This document shows positions 17,993-30,403 of a DNA stretch of 64,000 nucleotides, in pieces (position 1 is the first letter of the stretch; each line of letters opens with the position of its first letter). The stretch lies in the NCBI GenBank assembly GCA_963798845.1, contig CAWCUS010000006.1, forward strand, positions 768,001-832,000, read 5' to 3'. The notes beneath the pieces are model-generated. The model was not told where the DNA came from, did not search any database, and saw only the letters and a program-made list of their open reading frames with translations. Origin of the DNA: an uncultured Gemmatimonadales bacterium (GTDB lineage Bacteria > Gemmatimonadota > Gemmatimonadetes > Longimicrobiales > RSA9). The position numbers and the translations under genes are program-made.

Positions 17993-19236
17993 ACGGGCGC
18001 CCCGAGAAGACGGGCGCTGGTGAGAGGGCCGGCGCCGCTGTGGTCGGTTTCGGCATCGTCGGCTGCGGCGCCATCGGCCGGTGGCACGCGAAAACCATCG
18101 CCGATCTCCCCGGAGCTGCGCTCGTGGGCGCGGTCGACAACGACACCTCCTCCCGCGACACCTTCGCCCGCAGGTTCGGTGTCACCACCTACGCTTCGCT
18201 GGCCGAGCTGCTGGCCCTTCCCGAGGTCCAGGTGATCAGCGTCTGTACGCCGCCGCTCGATCACGTAGCGGTCGCAACGGCAGCGGCGGCCGCCGGCAAG
18301 CACGTGTTGGTGGAGAAGCCCCTCGCGCTCGACCTGGAGGAGGCGGACCGGGCGATCTCGGCGTGCGCGAATGCCGGGGTCCATCTCGGCGTGGTGCATC
18401 AGCAGCGCGCGCGCTCTGCGAGCCGGGCGGTCCAGCGGCTCCTCCGTTCGGGCCGTCTGGGCGTTCCCTCCCTGGCGGTGGTGGTGCATACGTGGTTTCG
18501 CCCCGAGTCGGAGGATCTCTCGGGCTCCTGGCGGGCGGATCCATCCGCCGGGGGCGGGGTCCTCGCCGATCAGGCGATTCACGCCCTCGACCTTCTCGTC
18601 TGGCTGCTGGGCGCACCGCGCTGGGCGAGCGGCCGGATCGTCGCGAGGCCGGGCGGACGCGGCGAGCACACGGTAGCGGGGGTGCTCGCGTTCGATGGCG
18701 ACGTGATCGCGACGGTGGCCGCGAGCACGGTCACGAACGCAATGCGGGACGACATCGCCGTGGAGCTCTACGGCTCCCTGGGAAGCGTGCGCCTGGAGAT
18801 CCGCGATTACGATCATGCCGAGATCGCCTGGCTGGACCTCGCTTCCGAAGAAGGGCGCCGGGCTCGCCGGCTCGCCAGCGGCGAGATCGAGCGGATCGTG
18901 ACAGAGGAGGGAGGCGAGTGGCGGGGTGGACCGCGGGCGTGGCCCTGGCGCGCGCTCGGCCGCGCCGCGGGCGCGGAGCGGGGCGCGTCTCCGTTCCGCA
19001 GCGTCCGCGGATACCTTCGACGGCAGGTCGACCGCAAGGCTCAACGGGAGACCGGTGAGCTGCAGGGACACGCCGCCGTGCTGGACGCCATGGCGGCCGC
19101 CGCGCGAGGGGACGGTCAGCCGCTGGTCACGGGCTCGCAGGCCCGGACGGCGCTGGCGACATTGGAGGCCCTGCGCCGCTCCCAGCTGGCAGCCGGCCGC
19201 CCGATCGATGTCGACCGCACCGCCAGTGTGCCGTGA
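17989..19236 (+). CDS. Gfo/Idh/MocA oxidoreductase
   Basis: GIVGCGAIG, HVLVEKPLA, GGGVLADQAIHALD; GTGA overlap. Confidence 0.9.
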   Translation: MNGRPEKTGAGERAGAAVVGFGIVGCGAIGRWHAKTIADLPGAALVGAVDNDTSSRDTFARRFGVTTYASLAELLALPEVQVISVCTPPLDHVAVATAAAAAGKHVLVEKPLALDLEEADRAISACANAGVHLGVVHQQRARSASRAVQRLLRSGRLGVPSLAVVVHTWFRPESEDLSGSWRADPSAGGGVLADQAIHALDLLVWLLGAPRWASGRIVARPGGRGEHTVAGVLAFDGDVIATVAASTVTNAMRDDIAVELYGSLGSVRLEIRDYDHAEIAWLDLASEEGRRARRLASGEIERIVTEEGGEWRGGPRAWPWRALGRAAGAERGASPFRSVRGYLRRQVDRKAQRETGELQGHAAVLDAMAAAARGDGQPLVTGSQARTALATLEALRRSQLAAGRPIDVDRTASVP

Positions 19237-20360
19237 AGGTCGTCCATCTCATCGACCACATGGGCCCGGGAGGGTCGCAGGCGCTGGTGGTCGACCTGGT
19301 CGAGACGAGAAGCCCCGGGGTCGACGCCGGCGTCGTCACGCTCAACGATCGGGTTCTGCCGGGCTGGCGTCACCGCCTTCATCAGGCGGGCGTTCAGCTC
19401 GACGTCGTCGATATTCGCGCGGGAGGGCCGGCGGCCCTCAATCGACTGCGATCGCTGCTGGCGGAGCGCCGTCCGGACGTGCTGCACACGCACCTGGACG
19501 TGAGCAACTGCCTCGGCCCGCTCTATACGCTCGTGCTCCCCCGGCCCCGGCCACGCCTCGTGCTCACGCTCGAGAACGACCCCTTCCTTCATTATGCCGT
19601 TCCGGTGCGGCTGGCGTTGCGGGCGCTGGTCCCTCGGGCCGACGTCGTGGTGGTTCTCTCGCCGAGCCTGCGGGAGGCGGCGGGTCCCCTGCTGAAGCGA
19701 GCCCGGCGGATCGAGACGATCGCGCCCGGAATCGACCTCGGCCGTTTCACCCCGGGCGCGGTGGATCCAGAGGCCGTCGCGCGGCTGCGAGGCGGAGCGA
19801 CATCCGTCATCGGGTCGGTGGGAAGGCTGACGCGCCAGAAGGGCTTCGACGTGCTGATCGACGCGATGCCCGAGCTCCTCGCCGCCGACCCGAAGATGCG
19901 CGTGCTCATCGCGGGTGAGGGTCGCGAGCGGCCGGCGCTCGGGCGACTGGCACGCCGACTCGGCGTCGAGCAAGCGCTCCTGATGCCAGGATACATGGCC
20001 GATCCGAGGGTCGCCTTCGCCGCCATGGACATATTGGTGGTGCCGAGCCGGCACGAGGGGTTCGGGCTCGTCTTCCTCGAGGCCATGGCCATGGGCGTGC
20101 CCGTGGTCGGCACGCTGGTGACGGGATCGATGGACGCCGTGGAGGACGGCCGTACGGGGGTCCTGGTCCCCCCCGGTGATCCGAAGGCGCTGGCGGCGGC
20201 GATCGTCCAACTCCTCGCGGACCCGGACCGACGGGCCGAGCTGAGAGCGTCGGCGGACCGCTGGGTGCGCGAGCGCGGGTCCCGTCGTCGCCTGACCGAG
20301 CGCACCGAGGCGCTCTACGCCGGGCTGTGTGGAGGGACGTCGCGAGGGAGCTCCGCATGA
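19233..20360 (+). CDS. Glycosyltransferase family 4
   Basis: GGSQ, VGRLTRQKG, PSRHEGFGLVFLEAMAMG. Confidence 0.92.
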   Translation: MKVVHLIDHMGPGGSQALVVDLVETRSPGVDAGVVTLNDRVLPGWRHRLHQAGVQLDVVDIRAGGPAALNRLRSLLAERRPDVLHTHLDVSNCLGPLYTLVLPRPRPRLVLTLENDPFLHYAVPVRLALRALVPRADVVVVLSPSLREAAGPLLKRARRIETIAPGIDLGRFTPGAVDPEAVARLRGGATSVIGSVGRLTRQKGFDVLIDAMPELLAADPKMRVLIAGEGRERPALGRLARRLGVEQALLMPGYMADPRVAFAAMDILVVPSRHEGFGLVFLEAMAMGVPVVGTLVTGSMDAVEDGRTGVLVPPGDPKALAAAIVQLLADPDRRAELRASADRWVRERGSRRRLTERTEALYAGLCGGTSRGSSA

Positions 20361-21889
20361 GCGGTCGGGAGACCCGCAGAACGGCTCGATACGACAGGGT
20401 CTTCGTCCTCGACCTGAATGGGCTGACCGTCGAGCTGTTGCGGGAGCGGGCCCACCGGCTGCCGAATTTCGGGCGGCTGCTGGCGCGCGGCGCCTGGGGG
20501 CATCTCGAGGGGCCTCTCCAGCCGGTGTCTCCTCAATGCCATGCCACTCTGTTCACAGGGAAGAACCCGGCGAAAACCGGGGTCTTCGACTTCTTTCGGT
20601 TTCCCGCTGGGGGCTACGAGCGGATCCCCTACGACCGTTCGGCATTGCGCGCGAAGCCTGTATACGAGGTCCTGTCCGACCGCGGTCTGCGCGTCGGTAT
20701 CCTCAACACGCTCCTCCTTAACCCGCCGCCGGCAGTGAACGGCTTCACCGTGGCCGGCGACGAGGGGATCGGGGATGTGTACGCGTGCCCTCCAGAGGTG
20801 CAGCGCCTGCTGGACGCGCGCGGCTACTCGGTTCCCTTCGGGGCATCCTACAGGCCGGGTGGCGAGCGCGAGTTCCACCGTCACGTGCTCGACTCCATCG
20901 AGATGCGTCGCGACGCCTGCCGTGCCCTGTTCGGGGAGAGGCCGTGGGACTTCGGCATGCTGAGCCTGTACGAGCTCGGCGAGATTCTCCACGCGTTCTG
21001 GCGCTTCTACGATGCACGGCATCCGCGCCATCGTCCGTTCGAGCAAGTTTTTGGCGGGTCCGATCCGTTGCTGGAGACGCTGCTGAAGCTCGACGAGCTC
21101 CTGGGCGAGATCCTCGATCTGGCGGGACCGGAAGGGCTGGTCCTCGTCGTCGGGGCGTGGGGCCACCGCCTCGAACACTCCCGGCTCTTCCTCAACGCCT
21201 GGTTGCAGCGGGAGCGCTACCTGACGCTTCGCCGGCGCCCGAAGGTGGTCCTCAAGCGCCTGATGTCCCGGACCGGCTTTTCACTGGCGACGGCGGAGCG
21301 TCTGGCGCGGCGTCTCGGGCTATGGAAGCTCTTCCACTACGGGATTCCGCGCGGACGACGCGCCGCCATGAAGCAGGCGGCCTTCCTCTCCCTCGCCGAC
21401 GTCGATTGGCGACGGACCCGCGCGGTGGCGACGGGCTACCTGGGCCAGATCCACCTCAATGTGCGGGGCCGCCGGCCAGCCGGCGTCATCGATCCCGCCG
21501 ACTATGAGCAGGAGCGAGAGGGGCTGCGCGAGCGGCTCGAAGCGCTGCGCGATCCGCGCACCGGAGAGGCGGTCGTGGACCGGGTCGTCGCCCGTGACGA
21601 GATCTATGGCGGGCCGCACCTCGAGGATGCGCCCGATCTCGTCGTGCACCTGAAGGACGGATGGGCGGCCCACTCCGACATGGACACGAGCGGAACCCTG
21701 GTCGGCGAGAGTCCTCTAAGCCAGTCCAGCGACCACTGGAACGAGAGCATCTTCCTGGCCTGGGGGCGCGGCGTCATCCCGGGCGAGTCCCGCGCACGGC
21801 TAGAGGATATCGCGCCGACAGTCCTGGACGCGTTCGGCGTGCCCATCCCGCCCGACTGCGACGGCCGGCCGCTTCCGCTCTTCGACTAG
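20357..21889 (+). CDS. AlkP-superfamily protein with degenerate metal-binding motifs
   Basis: LPNFGRL, TLFTGKNPAKTGVFDF, VDWRRTRA, APDLVV, LEDIAPTVLD. Canonical GLDG and SDHG read DLNG and GAWG. Confidence 0.8.
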   Translation: MSGRETRRTARYDRVFVLDLNGLTVELLRERAHRLPNFGRLLARGAWGHLEGPLQPVSPQCHATLFTGKNPAKTGVFDFFRFPAGGYERIPYDRSALRAKPVYEVLSDRGLRVGILNTLLLNPPPAVNGFTVAGDEGIGDVYACPPEVQRLLDARGYSVPFGASYRPGGEREFHRHVLDSIEMRRDACRALFGERPWDFGMLSLYELGEILHAFWRFYDARHPRHRPFEQVFGGSDPLLETLLKLDELLGEILDLAGPEGLVLVVGAWGHRLEHSRLFLNAWLQRERYLTLRRRPKVVLKRLMSRTGFSLATAERLARRLGLWKLFHYGIPRGRRAAMKQAAFLSLADVDWRRTRAVATGYLGQIHLNVRGRRPAGVIDPADYEQEREGLRERLEALRDPRTGEAVVDRVVARDEIYGGPHLEDAPDLVVHLKDGWAAHSDMDTSGTLVGESPLSQSSDHWNESIFLAWGRGVIPGESRARLEDIAPTVLDAFGVPIPPDCDGRPLPLFD

Positions 21890-22884
21890 CCCTTTTCCGG
21901 TTCAGTGCGCGGCGTCGCCTGACCGATGGCCAGAAGTGCCTGCAGCTCGAGCACGCCGCCGACAACGGCGACGAGCACAGTCGCGCCCAGCACCAGCAGC
22001 GAGAGCGCAACGGCCTGAGACCCCGGGACCCCGTAGGGCTCCAGGGCAACCATCAGCCCGCCCTCGCGTACGCCCAGTCCCGAGATCGTGATCGATAGCC
22101 CGGTGAGCAGGTTGACGATGGCCCGGACCCATCCGAGCGTGATGAACGACAGTGAAAGCCGGAGGGCCCGCGCCAGAAAGAAGATCACCAGGGTTCCGGC
22201 CAGGTTCTCGGCGAGCGCGAAACCCACTACGCGGGCGCGGTCACGGCCGGAAAGCTGGCGATGACGCGCGGCGGCCGCGATCGACCTGGACAACAGGCCA
22301 TCCTCCCCGCCCGGCAGCCGGCGCACCAGCTTCCATCCATCCACGCGCGCCAGCACCGTCGCCAGCGCCACCATCAACCCGACGAAAAGGAGCAGGCTCA
22401 CGAGCGCGAGGGTGGTGGTCCCGCGCGACGCCTCCAGGGACACGAACACGGCGCCCAGCAGCGCCATCCCTCCCATATACGCGATGCGGCTGTACACGAT
22501 CGCCGCAATGGGCTCCACCGTTCCAGCGCCGGCGCGTGACAGCTTGATCCAGCGGATCGGGCCCGCGGCAAGGGTTCCGGGCACGAAGAGCATCCAGAAG
22601 CCGGTGGTGAAGTTGATGCGCACGATCCGTCCGACACTCAACCTCGACCCCTGGGCAGTCAGGAGCACGCCCAGCCGCGCGGCGGACAGAACCGGGGCCA
22701 GCAGCACGAACGGCACGGCGGCTACCAGCCAGCCGCGGCGCACCGACCGCACGACCATCAACACGGAACCGAGTGAGACGAAATGCAGGATGATGAGCAG
22801 CAGGGCTCCCGTAAGGGCCAGGCGCAACCCCATGCGCAGCAGACGCCGCCGCGCGGGCACGCTATCCTCCCGCCGAGCCGACAC
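21886..22884 (-). CDS. Lysylphosphatidylglycerol-synthase TM domain / UPF0104 flippase-like membrane protein
   Basis: Multiple TM helices; FVPGTLAAG, ITISGLGVREG. Confidence 0.8.
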   Translation of the reverse strand: MSARREDSVPARRRLLRMGLRLALTGALLLIILHFVSLGSVLMVVRSVRRGWLVAAVPFVLLAPVLSAARLGVLLTAQGSRLSVGRIVRINFTTGFWMLFVPGTLAAGPIRWIKLSRAGAGTVEPIAAIVYSRIAYMGGMALLGAVFVSLEASRGTTTLALVSLLLFVGLMVALATVLARVDGWKLVRRLPGGEDGLLSRSIAAAARHRQLSGRDRARVVGFALAENLAGTLVIFFLARALRLSLSFITLGWVRAIVNLLTGLSITISGLGVREGGLMVALEPYGVPGSQAVALSLLVLGATVLVAVVGGVLELQALLAIGQATPRTEPEKG

Positions 22885-23992
22885 GATGTTGCTCGTAGAG
22901 CTCCACGTAACGATCGCCGACCCGCTGCCAGGAGAATTCCTCGTCGAGGCGCCTTCGCGCGGCCCGGCCGAGCTCCCGGCAGCGCTCGGGGTCCGAGGTG
23001 AGGCTGAGGACGGCCCTGCGAAGCTCCTCCGTATCGCGGGGGTTCACCAGCACGGCGGCATCGCCGACCGGCTCGGCGCACCCGGTGCCCCGACTCGTGA
23101 TGATGGCCAGACCCGCACTCATGGCTTCCATGAGCGCGACGGGGAAGTTCTCCCGCTCGGAAGGAAGGACGAAGATCTCGGACGATTCGGAGAGATGGGT
23201 GAGCTCCGGAGATCCGTTGTCCAGCCACCCGTGGAAAACGATCCGCGCTGCGTTCTGCCTCGCCTTGCGGCGCAGGGTCTCTAGGTAGGGCCCGTCTCCT
23301 ACGATATGGATCTCGTGGTCGAGTTCCAGGCCATCGACCGCTTCGATCAGGTGTTGCACTCCCTTGCGACGAAGGAGTCGGCTGACCACCAGGATCCGCT
23401 TTTCGCGCGCCTGGTCGATCCGGTAGCGGCCGGTGTCGAACCCGTACGGGATGGTGACCGTCTCGAGGTCGGGCGCTCGCTTCCGTGTGAGGGCCTCGAT
23501 GGCCCGGCTGGGACAGACGACCGCCGATGCCCCGCGCACCGCCCGATCCCACGCACGCCGCGACAGGAGATGCGCCAGCCGTAGCCGGTCGGGGTTGTAG
23601 CCCGGAACGTCCGACCCGTGAGCGGTGATCACGTACGGCAGGCGGGCAATGTCTCGCACCCAGCCGGCGAGCAGCCCGCCCGGCAGGATGAAATGCGCGT
23701 GGTTGATGTCGAACCGGTGCGTCTCCAGAAGCTCTCGCAGCCGCGAGCGCGCCATCAGCATGTGGTGGGCGACCTCCGGGACGCTGCAATGGTCCTTGCG
23801 GCGGCGTATGCTGCGAACTCTGTGGACCGCCACGCCATCCACCACCTCCTCGGAGGGGCGGCCCCGGAAGCCCATGGTCACCACGTGTACCTCGTGTCCT
23901 CGCCGCGCCAGCTCGCGACTCAGGCCGTGGACCACACGGCTTCCTCCGCCCCCCACCGGCGGGAACTCATAGCACAGCTGCAGGATCTTCAC
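22862..23992 (-). CDS. Glycosyltransferase family 4
   Basis: CYEFPPVGGGG, TAHGSDVPG, RLLRRKG, ENFPVALMEAMSAG. Confidence 0.92.
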   Translation of the reverse strand: MKILQLCYEFPPVGGGGSRVVHGLSRELARRGHEVHVVTMGFRGRPSEEVVDGVAVHRVRSIRRRKDHCSVPEVAHHMLMARSRLRELLETHRFDINHAHFILPGGLLAGWVRDIARLPYVITAHGSDVPGYNPDRLRLAHLLSRRAWDRAVRGASAVVCPSRAIEALTRKRAPDLETVTIPYGFDTGRYRIDQAREKRILVVSRLLRRKGVQHLIEAVDGLELDHEIHIVGDGPYLETLRRKARQNAARIVFHGWLDNGSPELTHLSESSEIFVLPSERENFPVALMEAMSAGLAIITSRGTGCAEPVGDAAVLVNPRDTEELRRAVLSLTSDPERCRELGRAARRRLDEEFSWQRVGDRYVELYEQHRVGSAGG

Positions 23993-24493
23993 AGATCGTT
24001 CACCAGGGGGTTCGGTAGAGTTGGACGATCGAGGGGACCGGAATGTAGTGTCGATCGCAGCCGGAGGCACCCACCGACCGGTGGCGCCGCCAGGGCGGGG
24101 AGCCCGGCGGCGCGCTCGCCTGCCCGGAGCGGGAGGGTGGTACGACCGCCCCGCGCGAGTCCCGGCGCGTCCCGCCCACCGACCAGTCGCGCACGCATCG
24201 CGGCCGGTGGTCGGGAGCGGGTCGCACAGCCCGGAAATCGATCAGCGGGTCCGGGCCAGCCGATACGGGGGGTCGGTTCGCGGCCGTGGTCGCCACCCGA
24301 CCGACCGATCGCCGGCGCGGATGGCAGCGAGTGGTCGTTTCCGGGCGTTCCGGCGCTACAGGACGCTGCTGCCCGCCCGCACCTGAACCGACGCGCATGG
24401 CCCCGTCAGGGCGGCGACGTTGGTCCGCGTGTCCGGGTCGCAATGTCGCGACGCCGGCGCGCGCTCCACCGTGCGCCGGCCCCGCTGCCCCGC

Positions 24494-26938
<2,445 letters not shown>

Positions 26939-27105
26939 GGAAACGTGAGTCAGGGTCGTGCAGTCCGGGCGCGCGTCCCACCGGGGCGCGGGCGCGAGGG
27001 TCGTGCAGGCAGTACGGTGGCCCGCGCTCTTCGGTTTCGCAGATCCCGGCTGCCAGAGTGCGGTTCGGGGTTCGCCGGGGGGTGGCGGCGGCGAGGAGAC
27101 GGGGG

Positions 27106-27125
27106 TATACTTTGTTGTGCAAAGT
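27106..27125 (+). promoter_or_regulatory. -10 TATACT overlapped by palindrome ACTTTG-N5-CAAAGT
   Basis: TATACT at 27106-27111; perfect 6-bp inverted repeat 27109-27125 spanning the in-frame GTG at 27117. Confidence 0.6.
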
Positions 27126-28358
27126 TCTCTGCGGAAGGAAACGGTCGAACACTACGACGTCACGATCGTCGGGGCAGGGCTCGCCGGGCTCGTTGCGGCG
27201 GGAGACCTGGGGCGACGGGGCGCCCGCGTGCTGCTGGTGGATGCACGCCCGGCCGTGGACCGATCCGTCCATACCACGGGCATCTTCGTTCGCCGGACGC
27301 TGGAGGACTTTCGTCCTCCGGAAGACTGCGTGGGCCCGGGGATCCGCCGGGTGGTGCTGCATTCCCCCGCGGGACGGCTGTTGGCCTTGACTGCGTCCGC
27401 GGATGAGTTCCGGGTAGGGCGGATGCGTCGGCTGTACCGTCGCCTGCTGGAGGAGGCGCGCGGACTCGGGGTGGAGTACCGGCCGGGAACGCGCTACGTC
27501 GGTTCCGAGGCTGGCGCGCGAGGGAGCGTGGCGAGGCTGGAGCGGCGGGGGCGGGTGGCCCGGGTGCGCACGTTGCTGCTGGTGGGGGCAGACGGCGCGC
27601 GCTCGCGTGTGGCGCGGGACCTGGGTCTGGACGAGAACCGCCGGTGGATCGTCGGGGTCGAGGATGTCTTCGAGGGTACGCTCGGCCCGGCGGAGCCCGA
27701 GCTGCACTGCATCGTGGATCCGCGCCTCGCGCCCGGGTACATCGCCTGGCTGGCGGACGATGGGGAGTCGGTGCACGTGGGGGTTGGCGGAATTCCCGCG
27801 CGCTTCGAGCCGGCCGCGGCGCTTGCGGCGCTGTACGCCCGGCTCGAGTGCGACCCCGAGCTTGCGCGGGTGCGCACGCTACGCCGCCAGGAGCGGCGCG
27901 GAGGGCGGATTCCGGTGGGCGGCCTGCTGCGGCGGATCGGGTGTGCGCGCGGTCTTCTGATCGGCGATGCCGCCGGGGCTGTGTCGCCCCTCACGGCGGG
28001 AGGGCTGGACCCCTGCTATCGGTTGACGCGTCTGGCGGCGGCAAGGATCGCCTCAGTGCTGGAGGGGGCTCCGCCGGCGCTGCTGGAGACGTACTCCGGC
28101 AGTCCGTTCCAGCGCCACTTCAGCAGGCGACGATGGACCCGGCGGGCGCTCGAGGCCGTCCGTCAACCGGCGCTGGCCGAGGCCGCCTGCGGCCTTCTGC
28201 GCACGCGGCCCGGGCGGAAGCTGGCGGCGCGGGTGTTCTTCGGCCGTGGCTCCTTTCCGGACGTGGATCCGGCGGGGCCGGCGCTCGCCGGCGGCATGGG
28301 CCCACAACCGCGGAGTTCCTGCATCACCACCCCATCTGGCGCATCCTCCCTTCGATGA
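27117..28358 (+). CDS. FAD-dependent oxidoreductase, geranylgeranyl-reductase-like
   Basis: YDVTIVGAGLAG, VGADGARSRVA, LIGDAAGAVSPLTAGG. Confidence 0.85.
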   Translation: MQSSLRKETVEHYDVTIVGAGLAGLVAAGDLGRRGARVLLVDARPAVDRSVHTTGIFVRRTLEDFRPPEDCVGPGIRRVVLHSPAGRLLALTASADEFRVGRMRRLYRRLLEEARGLGVEYRPGTRYVGSEAGARGSVARLERRGRVARVRTLLLVGADGARSRVARDLGLDENRRWIVGVEDVFEGTLGPAEPELHCIVDPRLAPGYIAWLADDGESVHVGVGGIPARFEPAAALAALYARLECDPELARVRTLRRQERRGGRIPVGGLLRRIGCARGLLIGDAAGAVSPLTAGGLDPCYRLTRLAAARIASVLEGAPPALLETYSGSPFQRHFSRRRWTRRALEAVRQPALAEAACGLLRTRPGRKLAARVFFGRGSFPDVDPAGPALAGGMGPQPRSSCITTPSGASSLR

Positions 28359-29043
28359 TCCTCGCGTACCATCCCATGCGTCCGGGGGTGCGGTGGAGCG
28401 GGGCAGGGAGCACGGCGGCGAGGCTCGCGGCCTGGTGGCGGGAGACCCGCGCGGCGTCGATGCCGTAGTAGTGGTGCGCGGCCGCCTGGGCGCCGAAGAT
28501 GCCGGGGCCGAGCTCGACCACGTTGACGTACAGCTCGACGATCCTGTGCTTTCCGAGGATCCACTCCGCCGGAAGCGTGAGGCCCCATTCGTACAGCTTC
28601 CGCACGGGGTTGCGGTGGGTTGTGAAGTACAGGTTCTTGATCAGTTGCTGCGTGAGCGTCGACGCGCCTCTCATCGGCCGTCCTCGCGCCTTCGCTTCCC
28701 GCCTCGCCTTCCGCAGCTCCACCCAGTCGAAGCCGTGATGCCGGTAGAAGCGCGCATCCTCCGCCGCCACTACCGCGTGCGGCAACGCCGACGACATCCG
28801 GTCGAGAGATCGCCAGTGATACACCCGCACCGGCCGCTCCCCGTGGACGATCCGCTCCACGCTCCGCTGGACCTGGACCGCCGTGGCCACCGGCGGCAGG
28901 AATCGGAGATAGACGAGGCCGAGGACACAGAGGAAGTAGTACGCCACCGGCACGAGGGCGACGACGAGGATCCCCCGGCGGAGGTGCCGCGCCCGCCTCC
29001 GTGGCCGCGCGCTCGTCCTGGCTGTGTCTGTCATGCTCGACAT
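28324..29043 (-). CDS. mtgA: Monofunctional peptidoglycan transglycosylase (GT51)
   Basis: AVVAAEDARFYRHHGFDW, RGASTLTQQLIKNLY, RKLYE, ELYVNVVELG; single N-terminal TM. Confidence 0.92.
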   Translation of the reverse strand: MSSMTDTARTSARPRRRARHLRRGILVVALVPVAYYFLCVLGLVYLRFLPPVATAVQVQRSVERIVHGERPVRVYHWRSLDRMSSALPHAVVAAEDARFYRHHGFDWVELRKARREAKARGRPMRGASTLTQQLIKNLYFTTHRNPVRKLYEWGLTLPAEWILGKHRIVELYVNVVELGPGIFGAQAAAHHYYGIDAARVSRHQAASLAAVLPAPLHRTPGRMGWYARIIEGRMRQMGW

Positions 29044-29248
29044 CTCGGCGCCTGGCGTCCGCAAGGTGGAGGCCGTCCCTTGCCGGGACGGTCGAGGCGT
29101 TCACAGGTTACTCGGCGTCGCCGCAGGGGCATCCCGCCTCCGGGGCGAGGGCGATCAACCGACTGCATCGGCCACCATGCTGCATCGCCACCCATCCTCG
29201 ACGAAAGAGTCCGGGCGCCGCCGATCGCGGGCCGCCGGGGCGCCGGAC

Positions 29249-30166
29249 GTGACCGGGACCCTGCGTCGCACCCTGTTGGCGTTCTTCTGCGTCGTGTCCA
29301 TCACCTCACCGGCGCGGGGACAGATCCTCCCGGAGGAGCGGCCGGGGGCGCCGCGATATCCGGGCTCGCTGCCCTTCTTCTACGACCTGTACACGTTCCG
29401 CGGCGAACACGGCGAGACGCTGGTGGTGGCGGCGGTGGCCGTGGCGGCGCGCTGGCTCGAGCGAAAGGAGGTCCACGGCGAGGATGTGTACCGCTTCGAC
29501 CTTTCGTTCGTTCTGGCCGATACCACCACCCGCGCCGTCTTCAGGAGCGACGACACGGTTTCCGTGGCGGCCGCCGCCGACCTCCCGGACGAGCACCTGC
29601 TGTACACGCAGGTGGCGGTCGAGGCGCCGCCGTCGGCCAGCATGGTCCAGCGCCTGGTCATGACGGATCCGAACGAGGTCGGGGTGGGGCAGCTCTACGA
29701 CTCCGCGTTCCCGATCCCCGACTACGGCGGCGACACCCTGATGCTCAGCGACATCGCCCTCGGGCAGGCCGACCCGACCGGTGGCCTCGCTCGCGGCGGA
29801 GATACGGTGGCCATCCTGCCCCTCGCACGCTTCCCGCAGAGCGCGCTCGACCTGTACTACGAGATCTACAACATGCCGCCGCTCGAGGAATACGCCACGG
29901 AGATCACCTTCCAGCCGATCGACGAAGCCGGCCAACCCGACGACGCGGCGGTGGGTGTCCGGTTCGAAGCCCGCTCATCCGCCGCAGCGGACCGGACCGT
30001 CCGCGAGCTGCGGGCCATCGCCGCCGACCTGGACGACGGGCTCTACCGGCTCACCGTGGCCGTACGCGTCGCCCGGACCGGTGCTGCGGCGAGCCGCTCT
30101 CGCGACTTCGAAGTCCGGAGAGGCGGGGCGGACGCGACGCTGGTGATCGCGCTCCCACGGCGTTAG
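29249..30166 (+). CDS. Hypothetical exported beta-rich protein
   Basis: Signal peptide (...SPARG/Q); coding-like composition; LMLSDIAL, LYYEIYN, GLYRLTVAV. Confidence 0.7.
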   Translation: MTGTLRRTLLAFFCVVSITSPARGQILPEERPGAPRYPGSLPFFYDLYTFRGEHGETLVVAAVAVAARWLERKEVHGEDVYRFDLSFVLADTTTRAVFRSDDTVSVAAAADLPDEHLLYTQVAVEAPPSASMVQRLVMTDPNEVGVGQLYDSAFPIPDYGGDTLMLSDIALGQADPTGGLARGGDTVAILPLARFPQSALDLYYEIYNMPPLEEYATEITFQPIDEAGQPDDAAVGVRFEARSSAAADRTVRELRAIAADLDDGLYRLTVAVRVARTGAAASRSRDFEVRRGGADATLVIALPRR

Positions 30167-30403
30167 CCGCCGACGGCCTATCCGCACGCGCCGGCCGCGC
30201 TGCTGCCCGGCCGCCCCAACAGAAAGGTGCGGGGGCGGCGAAAAACAGTTCGCACCTCGCCCCCGGGTGGACCCGGCGCGCAGCGTCAAGAGTCCCGCTA
30301 TCGCCCTGTGCGGCATGGAGATGGGCGCCTCGTGGGCGCCGCCCTACGGATGAAGAACGCGTCTTGCCGTGAATTCCCGCCGCACCCCCGGGAGGTGAGG
30401 CGC

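Noticed and set aside
24000..24493. ~500-bp intergenic region as a structured RNA/riboswitch
   Set aside because: Only short CCGACC repeats and GC-driven pairings; no recognisable RNA motif.
28324..28358. 35-nt convergent overlap of the oxidoreductase and mtgA
   Set aside because: Short 3' overlaps with low-complexity tails are common in GC-rich genomes.
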